DNA from: Schizosaccharomyces osmophilus
Taxonomy: Eukaryota
NCBI RefSeq assembly: GCF_027921745.1
Contig: NC_079238.1
Span: forward strand, 4,712,001 to 4,776,000
Reading direction: 5' to 3'
DNA: 64,000 nucleotides
Shown here in pieces: positions 35,700 to 48,825 of the stretch. The translations under genes were made by a program, and so were the position numbers. The notes beneath the pieces were generated by a model. That model saw only the letters and a program-made list of their open reading frames with translations. It ran no database searches and was not told where the DNA came from. Every line of letters begins with the position of its first letter. Position 1 is the stretch's first letter.

Positions 35700-37012
35700 T
35701 TAACGAATTAATGAACTTTCTTGTTTTGGTTTTCTGTTGAAAAGCTTCCAAAATCTCAATGTCTCATCACCTGCTCCTGTAACGATAGATTGACCATCAG
35801 GGCTCATAGACAAATGAAGCACACGATTCGTGTGTCCTGTAAGATTAACCACGTTCGAAAGTGATGGATATTTCCATAGTGAAACCTGATTTTTGGCGTA
35901 GCCATGAGTAGTAACAATTTCATTGGACGTCTTGGACCATGCTAAATTGCATACTTGAGATCCGGTATCTAGCCGATTTTGAAGCTTTCCTGTTAGTGTA
36001 TTATGTATCATTAAGGATCTATCAACTGTTCCTCCTCCGCTTGCCAGAATTCCTCGCTGGTGTGGACTCCACCCTATCGCTTTGACAGCGGCATTATGTT
36101 CCAAAAATGTATGCAATGGTCGTGTGCTACGATAGTCCCATACAACGAGTTTGTTGTCATTTCCGCCGGATGCCAGTTGACCTAAGTTACTTTCCCATTG
36201 AAGACCGCAAATTTCTTGGTCGTGGCCTTTAATTTTCAAATAACATTCCGGTTTACGCAAGTCATGATGCGCCAGCATTTCATCCTTTCCTCCACTTGTT
36301 AAAGTATGGCCATTGGAAGCTAATGCTGCTACTCTTTTCGAATGGGGGCGCAAACTCCTTATGGGTTTCGTACATTCTGTATCCCAAATATGAATAAATC
36401 CTGAGTCTGTTCCAACAGCGATATTGGTTCCTATTCCGGTCCACAAAACGCTAGTCACATTGTTTGCTTCTCCAAAGTCGTGAAGTTTTACCACTTTACC
36501 GCTGTTAGCTGACCACAAATATACGCTACTTGCTAGACCGACCGCTAAAATATTCGATTTTCCCCAGTTAAGCAAGTTAAGATAAAAGTCATCTTCCAAG
36601 TAAGGAGCATCTAATACTTTGTATGGAGCTTTAGGAAATATCCTTTTCGGTTTAGGGGGACGAAGCAAGAGGTCCTGTGATTGAGGCGAGATAGGAGACA
36701 AAGAGTATGAATTCCTTGTAGGAATATCAAAGAAATTCCTTTCTGATTTTTCTTTGAGGCCACCATAACGAAAAGTTCTTGAGGCTACTTGCTTATTTCC
36801 GAATAGCTCAATACTTAGAAGCTCCATAAATTGCCGTTGAACTGATTACATTAATATTATAAAAAAAGTCTTATTCTATATTTTTTATGCATACCACTTC
36901 CAGAGCTCTTGCGGCGTAAAGATGTTCCTTCGCTTATTGTCTTCCGAATCGATTCAAAACTAATATCAAACTCATTACTGACGTTGCGTATGGGGATGAA
37001 TCTATCGCCCAT
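35700..37012 (-). CDS. mfr1: Meiotic APC/C activator Mfr1 (Fzr1); intron 36842-36894
   Basis: C-box MGDRFIP, VLDAP..DDFYLN, WD40 repeats, IR tail; 419 aa; forkhead core TTGTTTAC at 37122. Confidence 0.93.
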
Positions 37013-37368
37013 CTTCAAATAATTCTCGCAGCGTTGGTCAATGGTAAAAGAAAAGACCTTGAAGCGCCTCTAACTTTAGTCTCATGGTTTGTTTGTTTTC
37101 CTAAACCTTTATACTCTATTTTTGTTTACATGTGCAGAAAAATAATGAGTTATATTTACTATAAAAAGATGAAAAACCAATTATCAATAAATAAAAATAA
37201 ACAAACAAATAATTTGACACAAATCAAGCAATTTGTTTGAATATGTCTTGTTTTTGGAACCTAATTTTATGGAAGAATGATTTCACGTCTTTAACATTAA
37301 GTGAAGAAAATGTCCCTTTATTTTGACCCTAAATTTAAATGTTAGCATGAATCAAAGTTTTAAGATTG

Positions 37369-39914
37369 CTAACGTACCTTCTCTTGAGCGAGGACTTTGA
37401 GGTTATTCTGAAATTGTTCCAGGTCCATTGAGTTAAAAAGTTGATCTTCAACTAGGCCAAATGAGCATTCTAGAATTTCTTTTTGCGTTTCGCCATTATC
37501 CTGCTGGGATATGTAATGAACACGAGAAAAATCGACTTCCGTAATTTTTGTTAAGTAATTGCAAATGTTTTCAATTTGTATCGCAAATCTTGACTTGTAT
37601 TCATGAGGATTTGATGTCTGCATAGGAATATTTCCTTTGCCAGAATCTAGAAAAGTACAGAATGAAGTACTTGGAACTCCACCGTGCGTCCACAGGTAAA
37701 TTTTCCCCTGTATAAAAGACAAATAGATCCCATTAATTTTCAGGCATCGACTGGAAGCAGCGATAGGTTCCGGAATGTTCAACTGACAATCTGAATCTTC
37801 AAATCCTGATTTAAAGCCCATATTGTGAAGAGGAATGATAAGTGGATAAATCATCATACAAATTATTTTGACATGCCCCGTTTTGATTCTGAAGTTGAAA
37901 TAAGTATTTCTACCTGGTTTTGATGGATTATTGATAAAAACCCTTGATTTCATCAGTGCCATCATATACGACGGATAACTTTGTAAGTTTCCTGGCAAGT
38001 TTTCATATATCTCTGGATCTTTACCTTGCTGACCGCGGTATTCAACAAGAAGATCTATGATTTTTCTGCAAAACCAATTTTTAAGATTTCGGGTAGTTGA
38101 GACATACGCAGCTAACGATTAGTTATAATCCTTCAAGTAACTTAACTTACCATGTTTCGCCATGCTAGCAACTAATGTTTCACAATCTGCTTTGGAAAAA
38201 ACCTCCTTTTTGGATGATACAATTGGTAAACGTATGTGATGACATCTTACCCTTTCTGAGCTTTCAACTGTCCTGTAGAAAGTAAGGACTTGGATAGAAG
38301 CAGTTTGGCTTAGTATACTAGCGGTTTGTTCTAGTTCAAAATAGATAGCGGTCTCTGAATTTATCGCAGAAATGTTTACCACGTTGTCCTTGGGATAGTC
38401 AGCAACTTCTCCTGCTTTAATTTGCTTAACCCGGAGACCCTTTGAAGCGGAAATCTTTATTTTTACATGGGTGCCTATGAATCCACTCAAAGATTCTAAT
38501 ACATCCTCCTTCAAAGTTGACTGTGCCGAACTACTAGTTAGATAGAAGTGGTAATTTCCACCTGTTTTTAAACATAGTTGTTCGATCAAGTCATTATATA
38601 TTTCTGAATCGTTTTCCAACATGAATAAGTCTATGGAAATTCCATGTTCGATCAAGCGCTGTGTGTACAATTGCAATGATTGCTGTCTCCTTCTTTTCTC
38701 TAGCAATGAAGGATACTCTGTATAGCGAGTTAGCATATTGTATACACAAAGAACTTACGTTTTTGTATAGTGTTATCCAGTCCAAGGACATGTATCTTTC
38801 CTTGCCTTTCTTCAAGCAGTTTAGCTGTGATTTTCACAGCGTGTAATAAGGCATTGCATCCATTGGCCTTATCATCAGAACTGTTTTCAATGTGGCTCAA
38901 AATACGAACTACGTCCAATCGATTTTGATTTGGATCAATGGAAGTATCATAGGGAAATACCAATTCATCCTCTTCGAGATCGACCATAACATTTTCGTTA
39001 ACCCTTTGATTCTAAATTAGGTTAGTAAATCCTTGATTTTACACTGGGAGACTTACGGACAAGCGATAAAAGTGTAAAGCATTGTCATAGCCAATAAACA
39101 GGACCCTAGATTTCGAAAACTTGGTTTGATATTTTTCGCTTGCTAGTGTAAACTTGATAGCCTCGGCTATACTTCGTTTGAATCCGGTGCTTGCTGAAGT
39201 ACGAGATATGTCAATTAGAAAGATATTTAGAAATGGACTTTTGGCTGAAGGTTCCTTTAGCAAAGCATCAAATGATGGTTTCATCAGGTTATTTTCTGTG
39301 GAGCCTTCTCTCTCCATTATCATATTTTGAAGAAGACAGCTAAAGTCATCTGTTATACTATTGCAGATATCGCAAAACTCACATCTCCATTGTGAACCGC
39401 TAAAAATTGCGCTACTGTGGAAACTAAAGTATGCACCGCAAGTTACGCAATGTGGAATTGATAATTCCTTTTCATTTTCCCAGTTGTACACGCAGCTAGG
39501 ATTACCGATTGAAAATGGATGTGCGATAGAGGAGAAAGGCAAGCTAGAAGAAATTTCGTTGGGACTTTTCGGGACGGCCCTGTATACCGAACGAAGAAAA
39601 CAAGGATCTGTTGAATCTTTTAGAGAAAAAGTATAGTCAGTCAAAACCGTAGGAACACAATCGCTTGTAACGGGATCGTAAGAGACTTTGGAAAAGTAAT
39701 TGCGGTTTTCCAGACGCTCAGACAAAATTGGATTAAACCTTCCTACAGTGAAGTCGCTGAGCTCACTCTCGCTGGTACTGGACGAAAATGATTTTGTTAT
39801 CCACTCGTCATCCAAATGCGTGTAGTAAGGACTCGAGATTGCAACTTCGTCAGTACTATTTCTCGAAGAACAGTTGGGGGAACATGACAAAGGCCCACTT
39901 ATGGAAAAGGCCAT
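37369..39914 (-). CDS. Divergent Sec24/Sfb3-family COPII cargo adaptor; exons 39914-39057, 39011-38759, 38717-38151, 38111-37369
   Basis: Zn finger PHCVTCGAY...WRCEFC; trunk FLIDIS...IGYDNALHFY; KTGG; beta-sandwich ASKGLRV and ERVRCH; gelsolin-like IYLW; splices in frame to 806 aa. Confidence 0.82.
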
Positions 39915-40119
39915 ATTAAAAAAAAAAAAACACCAAAAAAAACCAGGACACAAAATCTGAGCTACCAAGAGCTAATGTCTTAGTTTGGCGGCCAGATACC
40001 AGCAACCGGGAAAAGTCGTGCAAAGAGACTCTCCAGAGAAGAAATTTACTAATTGGCTTTTCTGTTGGTCTTCTCTGTACAACCTTCTCAAGTTGGGTGT
40101 TGTAACGTTAATATGGTAG

Positions 40120-40550
40120 TGTTTATTTACATATAGTAAATATTGCTATGCTCGATACTTGGTCCGAGGAAAACAAAAGAAATAAAGCACAAGTTACTTA
40201 TATGTTTGCTAACAACGATTTTTCAATATACAAAACAAAAGAAGATATTATTGATCCATTCGACTGCCTTTGCAGGTAGCTACATTCATATCTACTTCTT
40301 ATGAAATGAACTATTGATAAATAAAACTATAGAACGAACCCTACGAGAAACGGGCAAACAAGCATAGAAAAATGTTGCCTCTTATGTCAAACTTGTATCT
40401 AGCATCTGTCCACCCAAAATAGCAAATGAAAAGAAAAAGCAATAAGCTCAAAAGAAGCAGTCTACTTATAGAACAGTATGTACAATTTAAAGTTGTTTGA
40501 TAAAACATCATAAGTGTGCAATCCATAAACAAACATTAGTGTTTGTTTAC
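40120..40550 (-). promoter_or_regulatory. FLEX-type forkhead (Mei4) elements in the Sec24-like/reb1 divergent promoter
   Basis: GTAAATAAACA (40120-40130) and GTAAACAAACA (40540-40550), both on the minus strand. Confidence 0.6.
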
Positions 40551-40745
40551 CATATAGTGTGACGCACCGAGTTATCGCTCGTTTCTTAAAATTCACCACC
40601 AAAAGCTACATGTTGTGTCTGACCCTTCCTTTTTGGCCATATTTTGATTTGGTAAATAAAGCTCCGTTTTATTAGTTTCTAGCTAGTTTATTTTGATAAA
40701 TTCCTTTATACTCAATTTTTTTTTGATAATAACTGGGTTTTCTAT

Positions 40746-42381
40746 ATGAATAGCTCAGTGCTGGATCCGGAACTTCAAATGCCCGAGTTTCTGGGGGTAA
40801 AGTCACTAGAACGGACCAGAAAACGAAAAGGAGATTTTGATGATACTTTTTCATTGAACAAGGGATTAAACCAATCTACCTCAGAATTGTCAGAATCATC
40901 AGAAGGACTGAGTTCTCTTAACCCTGCAAAGGAAAGTCGACGAGATGATCGAAGTTTTGAAGCGTTGATGTCTTTACAAACTGGAAATCCGAGTCTAAGC
41001 TCATCGAATCAGACAGTTCCAATGGGTGCAATTACGGCGGCAAATATTCCATTAGCAGTAGATGATCTAGGGTCAAAGGATTATTTGTCCAAGCCCGCTA
41101 CAGATGCAGGAATTGTTGATGGATCTGCCTCATTGGCTTCTACTGGACCACTTTTAATGAACACGAGCATCAAAAAAAGTCCCCCAGAAGATACCAATTC
41201 TAGAGGTAACGCCAGATGGACCGCAGAACATTGGGATTACCTTGAACAGCGGATGCAAGAATTCTGCGATGCTTTTCAAATGACGCACCAACAAGTTGGG
41301 GAACTTTTGCAGGATAAACGCCTTCATGGACCACTCTCATCACTTGTCAAGATATTAGTAGATGAAATGCCAAGCTTCACAAGGAGAACCATTCTACGGC
41401 ATTTGCGAGCCTTCTACAACATTCCCGGTTACGAAAAGTATAGCCGAAGAAACTCAAGTGGAAAGGGTGATTTTGGTGTTCAGGAGACTGCCATTATAGC
41501 TCAGGAAGTACGAAATTTCATTTTGGAGCAAGGTTGGACTGAATACCAGTTTTGCAATCAAATTTGGGCAGGAAAATGCCCTAAGCCAATTCGTTCCTTT
41601 TATTCCAATTTGTATAAAAAGCTCTCACATAGAGATGCGAAGAGCATTTATCACCATGTTAGACGAGCCTATAACCCATTTGAGGAACGTTGTGTGTGGA
41701 GTAAGGAAGAAGATGAAGAACTAAGAAGGTAAGTTAGTTAGCTGTGATGGTTATTTCGTTTTAGAACAGGTTGACTAAACTTTATAGAAATGTTTTGGAA
41801 CACGGAAAGTGTTGGACCAAAATTGGCCGGAAAATGGCACGCATGCCAAACGATTGTCGGGACCGTTGGCGTGATGCAGTTCGATTTGGCGATCGGTTGA
41901 AGCGCAATGCATGGTCTTTGGATGAAGAGACTCAATTATTACAGATTGTAGCAGAATTACGAAATCGTGAGGATATGAGTTCTGATATCAACTGGACATT
42001 GGTAGCACAACTCTTAGGAACAAGGACAAGATTGCAATGCCGATATAAATTTCAACAGCTTACAAAATCTGCTCCCAAGTTCGAATTACAAGATAATGTT
42101 TGGCTTTTAGAAAGGTAAGGTGATACTTGAAAACTACATTATTAATTTCATGTATTAACTCGGTTTGTAGAATCTACAATTCGCTTGTCAAGTATGGAGA
42201 CCAAATTCATTGGGATGCTATCGTTCGAGAGGCGAATGGACGCTGGTCCCGTGATCAAATGCTTTTTCAGTTTATTAACTTGAAGAAAATGATTCCAAGC
42301 TATGATAACTTACCCCTTCTGGAAGCTACACAATCGGCTATTTCTGATTTTAAAGTAGTGCTATCAGGGTTTTCTAGCTGA
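40746..42381 (+). CDS. reb1: Myb-domain Pol I termination / transcription factor Reb1; introns 41729-41787 and 42115-42170
   Basis: WSKEEDEEL, CRDRWRD, WSLDEE, INWTLVA..QCRYKF; 506 aa in frame. Confidence 0.93.
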
Positions 42382-42687
42382 TTCGCGATTCCTTTCATCT
42401 TCTATGTTATCCTTATTTTTTTAATTAATCTTTACGCTTTGTCTTTCTGTCTAGTCTTTCAACTTCCTTTTTTATTCTTGTTGTTCGGTCAACTCTCGGT
42501 GAATTCGGTTTTTTCAGAGGCTTCAAGGTTTCGTGTATGAGACGGATTACTTGTACGAAAACCCATTATTTTGATGTAAAAATCCAAGAAAATCGACTTT
42601 TAGTCTACCTTTTTGCATGTTTCCTTTATATATTACTTAATTCAGTCAATAGTTTTTACAGCGGAATTATTTTGTAGCACTCCATTT

Positions 42688-44191
42688 ATGAAGCGATTTC
42701 TTCCAACAACATTGAAAAGCCTGTGGGAAAAGCCCCCATGTGGTAGCGTTGTAGATGTGCACGGATGGATACGATCACTACGGAAATCCAAAAATGTGTG
42801 TTTTGCCATGGTCTCCGACGGCACATGTCAACAACCCATTCAGGTGGTAGCGACTCCAGAGCAAGCTCAGTTGTAAGTATTTTTAACTGTCAGCATGTTT
42901 AAATTCTATTATCCATATGCTCTTTGTGATACTTCAGTTCTCTAACGTCTCTTCTAGGTTGTCTTACGGTGCTAGTGTCAAAATCCAAGGGAAACTTGAG
43001 ATTTCTAAAAAAGCTGCACTAGGAAAGCAGCAATACGAACTACTGGCCGAGAAAGTTGATCTTTATGGCAAAGTAAACAACGTACGATACATCAGTGAAT
43101 CATTCAGCTAATATGAAATGTTTAATGTAATGGTAAAATTATTCATGCTAACATTCAAAACTTAGGACTACCCTATACAAAAAAAAAATTTAGCAACAGA
43201 ATTTTTGAGACAACATCCTCATTTGAGGGTTCGTACTGCAAAACAAAATGACTTGTTTCGTCTAAGGTCTGATACCTTGGAAGGCGTACGCTCCTTTTTA
43301 GCCAAAAGCGATTTTATTGAAACTAATCCCCCTCTCTTAACATCTTCAGATTGTGAGGGTGCAGGTGAAGTATTTCTGGTCACCCCTCATTCAAAAAAAA
43401 AAGATTCCACTAATAGTTCTGAATTTTCAAATAAAGATGAACAGAGCCCTTCGTTTTTTGGAACGCCGACATTTCTGACAGTCTCCACCCAGCTTCATCT
43501 GGAGGCATTGGCACTCGGAATGTCTCGGGTTTACACAATTACACCAGCTTTTCGAGCAGAAAATAGCCATACAAGTCGGCATTTAGCAGAATTTTGGATG
43601 CTGGAAGTCGAACTTGCTTTTATAGAAACAATGGATGCTCTCGCGGGTGTTGTGGAAGACCTTATTAAATATTTGGTACAATATTTAAAAAAAAAAGGAT
43701 ATCATCGGGAGCATTGGAATCATCTAATGAACGAATGGCATCGAATATCATATACAGAAGCAATTGATATTTTGAAAAACTCAGGCTATACTTGGCATGA
43801 TCCTCCGGCATGGGGCAATGATCTTAGCAGCGAACATGAACGTTATTTAACGGACGTCTATATCAAGGGACCTGTTTTTGTGACTGATTATCCTGCTTCT
43901 ATTAAGCCCTTTTACATGAAGCCCAGCTCAAACGACACCGTTGCAGCGATGGATTTATTGGTCCCACAGGTTGGAGAATTAGTCGGTGGATCGTTGCGAA
44001 AAGATTCGATTGCTTTGGAGGAAGTACCCAAGGGGTTAGAATGGTATTATGAAATGCTTCAACAAGCTAATACCCCTCATGGTGGTTTTGGACTTGGTAT
44101 TGAACGATTGCTAGCGTTTCTAGAAGGCAATGCCACAAATGTCCGTGAAACCATTCCATTTCCACGCTCATCTGGATCAATATTTGCTTAA
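42688..44191 (+). CDS. slm5: Mitochondrial asparaginyl-tRNA synthetase; introns 42873-42957 and 43082-43165
   Basis: GWIRSLR, SDCEGAGEVF, FRAENSHTSRHLAEFWMLE, GGFGLGIER; 444 aa in frame. Confidence 0.92.
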
Positions 44192-45043
44192 TTGAACACT
44201 TTAATGCCTCACCGAGAACGAAGTATACAGTGCTATTATTTTCATGATTTACCGACTTCATCGCCTTTAATTCCAATTCTTGTCAGATTCTTGTTACTAT
44301 AACGAAACAGTAGCCGGAGTAATGGGTCCGCAAATCAGAGAATTTGACTCCAAATAATTTGAGAGACCGTTTGTTATAAATACGTTGATGCCAGATGAGT
44401 TTTAAATCTTGAAGCATCTCTGTGAACTTTTTCCTTTGGCTAGAGGTACAAATATTTCGCATGCTAAGATAAATTGACCAAAATGTTGTCCATTCAAATT
44501 TCGAAATTTTGTAATGCCACACAATGGCTGAACGTAATCGAATTGGAGTATTTCGTTAACTTCTCTCAAGCATGCGTAGCTAAGTGTGTATAAATCCGTA
44601 TATTGTTGATTGATATATGCTAAACTTTTACATAAAATGAGTGTTACCTTTGCTTCTTTACACCTTTTCAAGTTAAACGACATAACATATTTAAAGCTAC
44701 CCGCTGGTTACTATATTTTGTTTATATATGTATTTAATTCCCCTTAATCTGCACTTTCAGTACCTTATTCTCAAAAATGAAGGACTTATCTTTATTATAG
44801 TGAATAAAGCACTATAATACACCCGTACAAATTTATAAAAAGCACGCAAACCCAGTTTCCGGGTAAAAAGTTTATGGTAAAACAGTAATTATAAGTAAAA
44901 TAGAGATGTCCGTAATTAATGGCAATAGAAGAAAATGGGAAATCTAGGTTTCAATAAAAGTCTAAGGGACGTGCAAATTCTCTGTGTACCGGAAGACAGC
45001 AAAATATAGGGATTAAAAACAGTAAGAAACAGGATTAACACGT

Positions 45044-46520
45044 TTATTGCTTTTCTAAAGACAATTCATGAACATAAGTACAGAAAAGTTTAATACCCTT
45101 CATAAAGTTGTCCAAGTCTAATTTTTCGTTGATACTATGAGCACCATCATCACCACGGCCCATGGGTAACAAAAGAACATTCCTGTTCAACGCATGCTCA
45201 AACGTAACAGTAACAGGAATGGAACCACCTTCACGAACAAAGTCAGGTTTGACACCGAAAACACGCTCGGTAGCACGGCTTCCAACATCATAGTGCCAGT
45301 GTTTGGGGGAAGAACTCCACCAGGCACCAGCATGAAGAGCATGGAAGGTAAGCTTATTTTTGCTACCCAAAGAGCTGAAGACTTTTTCAACATGATTTTG
45401 AACAAGCTCGCGAACAGTTTCAGGCTCCATGTCAGGCACAGTACGAATTGAGAATTTACCGTTTACCTTAGCAGGAATGACTGTCTTTGCACCACTACCA
45501 CTGAAGGCGCCTTCGATACCATGAAGAGATAATGTAGGGTAACGCCAGCGATGTTGCAAGGTGCGCTTGGTATCGGGATAAATCGAAACGTCCGCACCGG
45601 CGGCATTTTCCAAATCACTCATTTCATAGTCGATAGTGTCGTACAAACTATCTTCTTCAGAAGTGAGTTTGGCAACTTGGTCCATAATGCCAGGGATCAA
45701 AATCTCGCCATTTGGCTTAACCAAGGAGCTCATAACTGCAATCAAATCGGTCATAGGCTCATGGACAGTACCACCAAAGACACCGGAATGTAAGTCGGCA
45801 CCAGGACCCTGTACTGTCATGCTAAAGTAGCTTACACCACGTAATCCGTAAGTCAACACGGGCTTTTTAGTACCCAACCAATAGGTATCGCTGATACATA
45901 CACAATCTGCCTTGGCAAAGTACTTTTGAGCCTCAGCGCGAATGAGATCATCAAGACCTTCACTACCGTACTCTTCCATACCTTCAAAGCACATCAACAA
46001 GTTGACGGGGAAATCCAAACCACATTCTTGGTATGCTTGGACAGCAGATATCCAACCAATGAGAGGACCCTTGTCATCAGTAACACCACGAGCAATCATA
46101 CGGTCCTTACTATCCACTTCAAGTTTGAAAGGGTCTGTAGACCAGCCATCAGAAACTGAAGCAGGTTGAACATCAAAGTGATTATAAATCAAAACAGTCT
46201 TTTTAGAAGGATCACTTCCATATTGGCCAAGGACTATAGGAGGCAAAGGAACTTCTTGACCTTCCATTTCATGGGAACCGATGTCGCGCTTTTCCATTTT
46301 GGCTCCAAGTTTGGTGAATTCATCCACGACAAAGTCGGCCATCTCATAAACCTTAGGACGAAGGTTAACGTCTGCAGATACGGAAGGAATAGCTACTGCT
46401 TTCGCGAGACGAGCAATAAATTCATCCTTTTTCTTGTCGATCCTGAACTACGTGTTAAGATTACATTTAAATAGTAAATAGCATATTTACATACAAACTG
46501 TACAAGGTTTCAAGTGTCAT
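45044..46520 (-). CDS. dug1: Cys-Gly metallodipeptidase (M20); intron 46443-46494
   Basis: HFDVQP, RGVTDDKGP, EGMEEYGS, DLHSG, GGSIP, AHSINEK; 474 aa. Confidence 0.94.
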
Positions 46521-47835
46521 TTTTATATATAAAAAAAAAAATATATATATGTAATAAAAGAGCGCGTTGGTTAAAGTTGATTTGTAGTTTCACGTTCTTT
46601 TGCATTGCTAGGTTTTACGGTCGAATCTCAAGCCTTGGATAGTGAATTGCAAAGAAAAATGATAAAACGCTTACGGCAGCATACAACAATCAGATAAATT
46701 TCTACAATATTATATGGTATTGTCAAGGTCGTGAATATTATGTTAATATATAGCAAGAGAATCTTCATTATAAATTGGAAATAACGGAAATATAGACATG
46801 GAGAGGCTAAAGTTGATATATTCTGTATCGTAGAAGTTATGTTAACCATGTTTAGAAGTGCGAGTCTTCAGATCGCAAGATACGGTCGATCTGGGCTTAG
46901 TAAATCTTGCTGTCGTTTATTCAACTAGTAAAGTCACTGGACCCAGTACGGAGGAGGTGTGTCATCTGAAGGAGGTCGACTCCTCGACTTTTCAGAGCTC
47001 GAAACAGGAGTATAAGTATTCTTCATCTTTACAAAGGCAAACCAAAAAACAAAAATAGGATTGAGATTTAAAGTCTAGGCAACAACAACTAGAATCTCAG
47101 TAGAAACTGACTTCAGTTTTTGAGAAACAGCCCAAAGGAATTGAAAGCTCCTTTAAAAAAAAAAGTTCTAAAATAAATTCCCGTTACAAAAGATGTCTGC
47201 TTAAAAAAGTCTTGGTAGTAGCTTTCTACATGTCTCATTCATGAAACAATGACATTATGTCAGTACCCTCGTTACGATTATTCAATGGTAGTATAACATT
47301 TCTTTAGCCTTATAAACATTTTACTATTAAATTGTATTAGCATATAATCGAATACGAATTCATTGTTTTATATAATAGACTAAAATATTACAAAAAGTAA
47401 ACAAATCATGAAACCTCCTAATTCAGGAGCTAAAAAATGTGCACAGGAAGATAAAACGCGCATTATTTTCATATTTTTATACCTGATCAGTAAAATTGGG
47501 GAAGCTTTGAGACTGGAAGTTTCGACCAGTTATTGACTCTTGAGATCGTAGTGTTTGCGTTCAAATAAAAAAAACTCAAGTTTAAAACGAGTCAGTTCAT
47601 AATGTCAAAACGAACAAAAAACCGTGAAACGAGTGATTTCTCAATTGTGAAACGAAAGGTAAATACGCATGCAATAAGATTGATAATGATAAAACACATA
47701 CTTCAGTGTGAATACTATCAGTCAATTTTCAATTATGTATATTTCTGTAATCATTTATTCTTTCTTTAAATTCGAGCACAAGGTTGGTACTATTGGATTT
47801 AATTTAACAAACATAATTGAACTTGTGACAAACAA

Positions 47836-48825
47836 TCAATCATCGGCAGTCATGTCAAAAAAGACAAATTCAGCATCAGCGGAACCAACACTTTCAATGG
47901 TCAGAGAAGAACCCTTTTCAGTGTCCATCACAAAAAGACCATCACCTTCCTGTAGTACATTATCGCCAATCTTCAATTGAGCTTTGCCAACAGAAATATC
48001 ACGAGGACCAGCAAAACCGGATGTCTGAATAAAGTGAAGGTAACCCTTTCTGACAGGAGAAGCGGTAGTGTTCCAAGGACCAAACACATGGGTTACCTGG
48101 GATCCTGGAGAAAGAATGGATGCCCACATACCCAAATCACCTGGAAAAGGAATTGCAGAGTCGTCTGTTGTGGCACTTGAACCAACCTGAACACCATTCG
48201 ACTTTACATTCGTGGGATCAGTAAATGTGTAATTAGGAACAATAACGGGTTGAAGACGATTATGCTTGGCTTCTTCTGATTGATGACGGGTATAATAAAT
48301 GGGAGAACGATATTTGTCGTCAGGTTTAGCCCAAACTTGAAGGAAATGGGCATCGCAGCTTCCTTTTGGTTCATTGTTGTATTCCGAATGAGCGATACCG
48401 GTTCCAGCGGACGTATATTGAATATCGCCTCTGGACATGGTTTCCGTATTGCCCATCGTATCTTGGTGGGTCAATTTTCCATTCACTAAATACGACCAAA
48501 TCTCATATCGTTGATGATGATGAGGAGGGAATCCACTGGCAGGCTCCACACGATCCTCGTTGATGACTCGCAAGGGACCGAATCCCATATATTGTAGATC
48601 AAAGTAATTCGCAAAACTAAATGTGTGGAATGACCTGAGGAAATTTTTATAGTGGGCAAAACCACGCTCTCCAGATTTTCTTACAACGAGCTGCATTAGC
48701 GGTAAAGGAGACGATGACGGAGCAAAAGTGTTGACTTTTTTGGCCTTATAGAACGATTCAAGAGATAAAAAGCCTCGAATCAATAAAAAAACAATTAATG
48801 GCAACAACCAAAACAGATTTTTCAT
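47836..48825 (-). CDS. Pirin/YhhW-like bicupin with an N-terminal hydrophobic segment
   Basis: HTFSFANY, FGPLRVINEDRV, GFPPHHH, SAGTGIAHSEYN, FLQVW, FFDM; ATG at 48825. Confidence 0.88.
   Translation of the reverse strand: MKNLFWLLPLIVFLLIRGFLSLESFYKAKKVNTFAPSSSPLPLMQLVVRKSGERGFAHYKNFLRSFHTFSFANYFDLQYMGFGPLRVINEDRVEPASGFPPHHHQRYEIWSYLVNGKLTHQDTMGNTETMSRGDIQYTSAGTGIAHSEYNNEPKGSCDAHFLQVWAKPDDKYRSPIYYTRHQSEEAKHNRLQPVIVPNYTFTDPTNVKSNGVQVGSSATTDDSAIPFPGDLGMWASILSPGSQVTHVFGPWNTTASPVRKGYLHFIQTSGFAGPRDISVGKAQLKIGDNVLQEGDGLFVMDTEKGSSLTIESVGSADAEFVFFDMTADD

Noticed and set aside
38066..38111. Apparent 4-nt microexon plus 42-nt intron in the Sec24-like gene
   Set aside because: The 42 nt are in frame, stop-free, fit the helical domain and lack a good branch site
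46840..47190. Possible solo LTR between dug1 and pirin
   Set aside because: No target-site duplication and no second copy in the window
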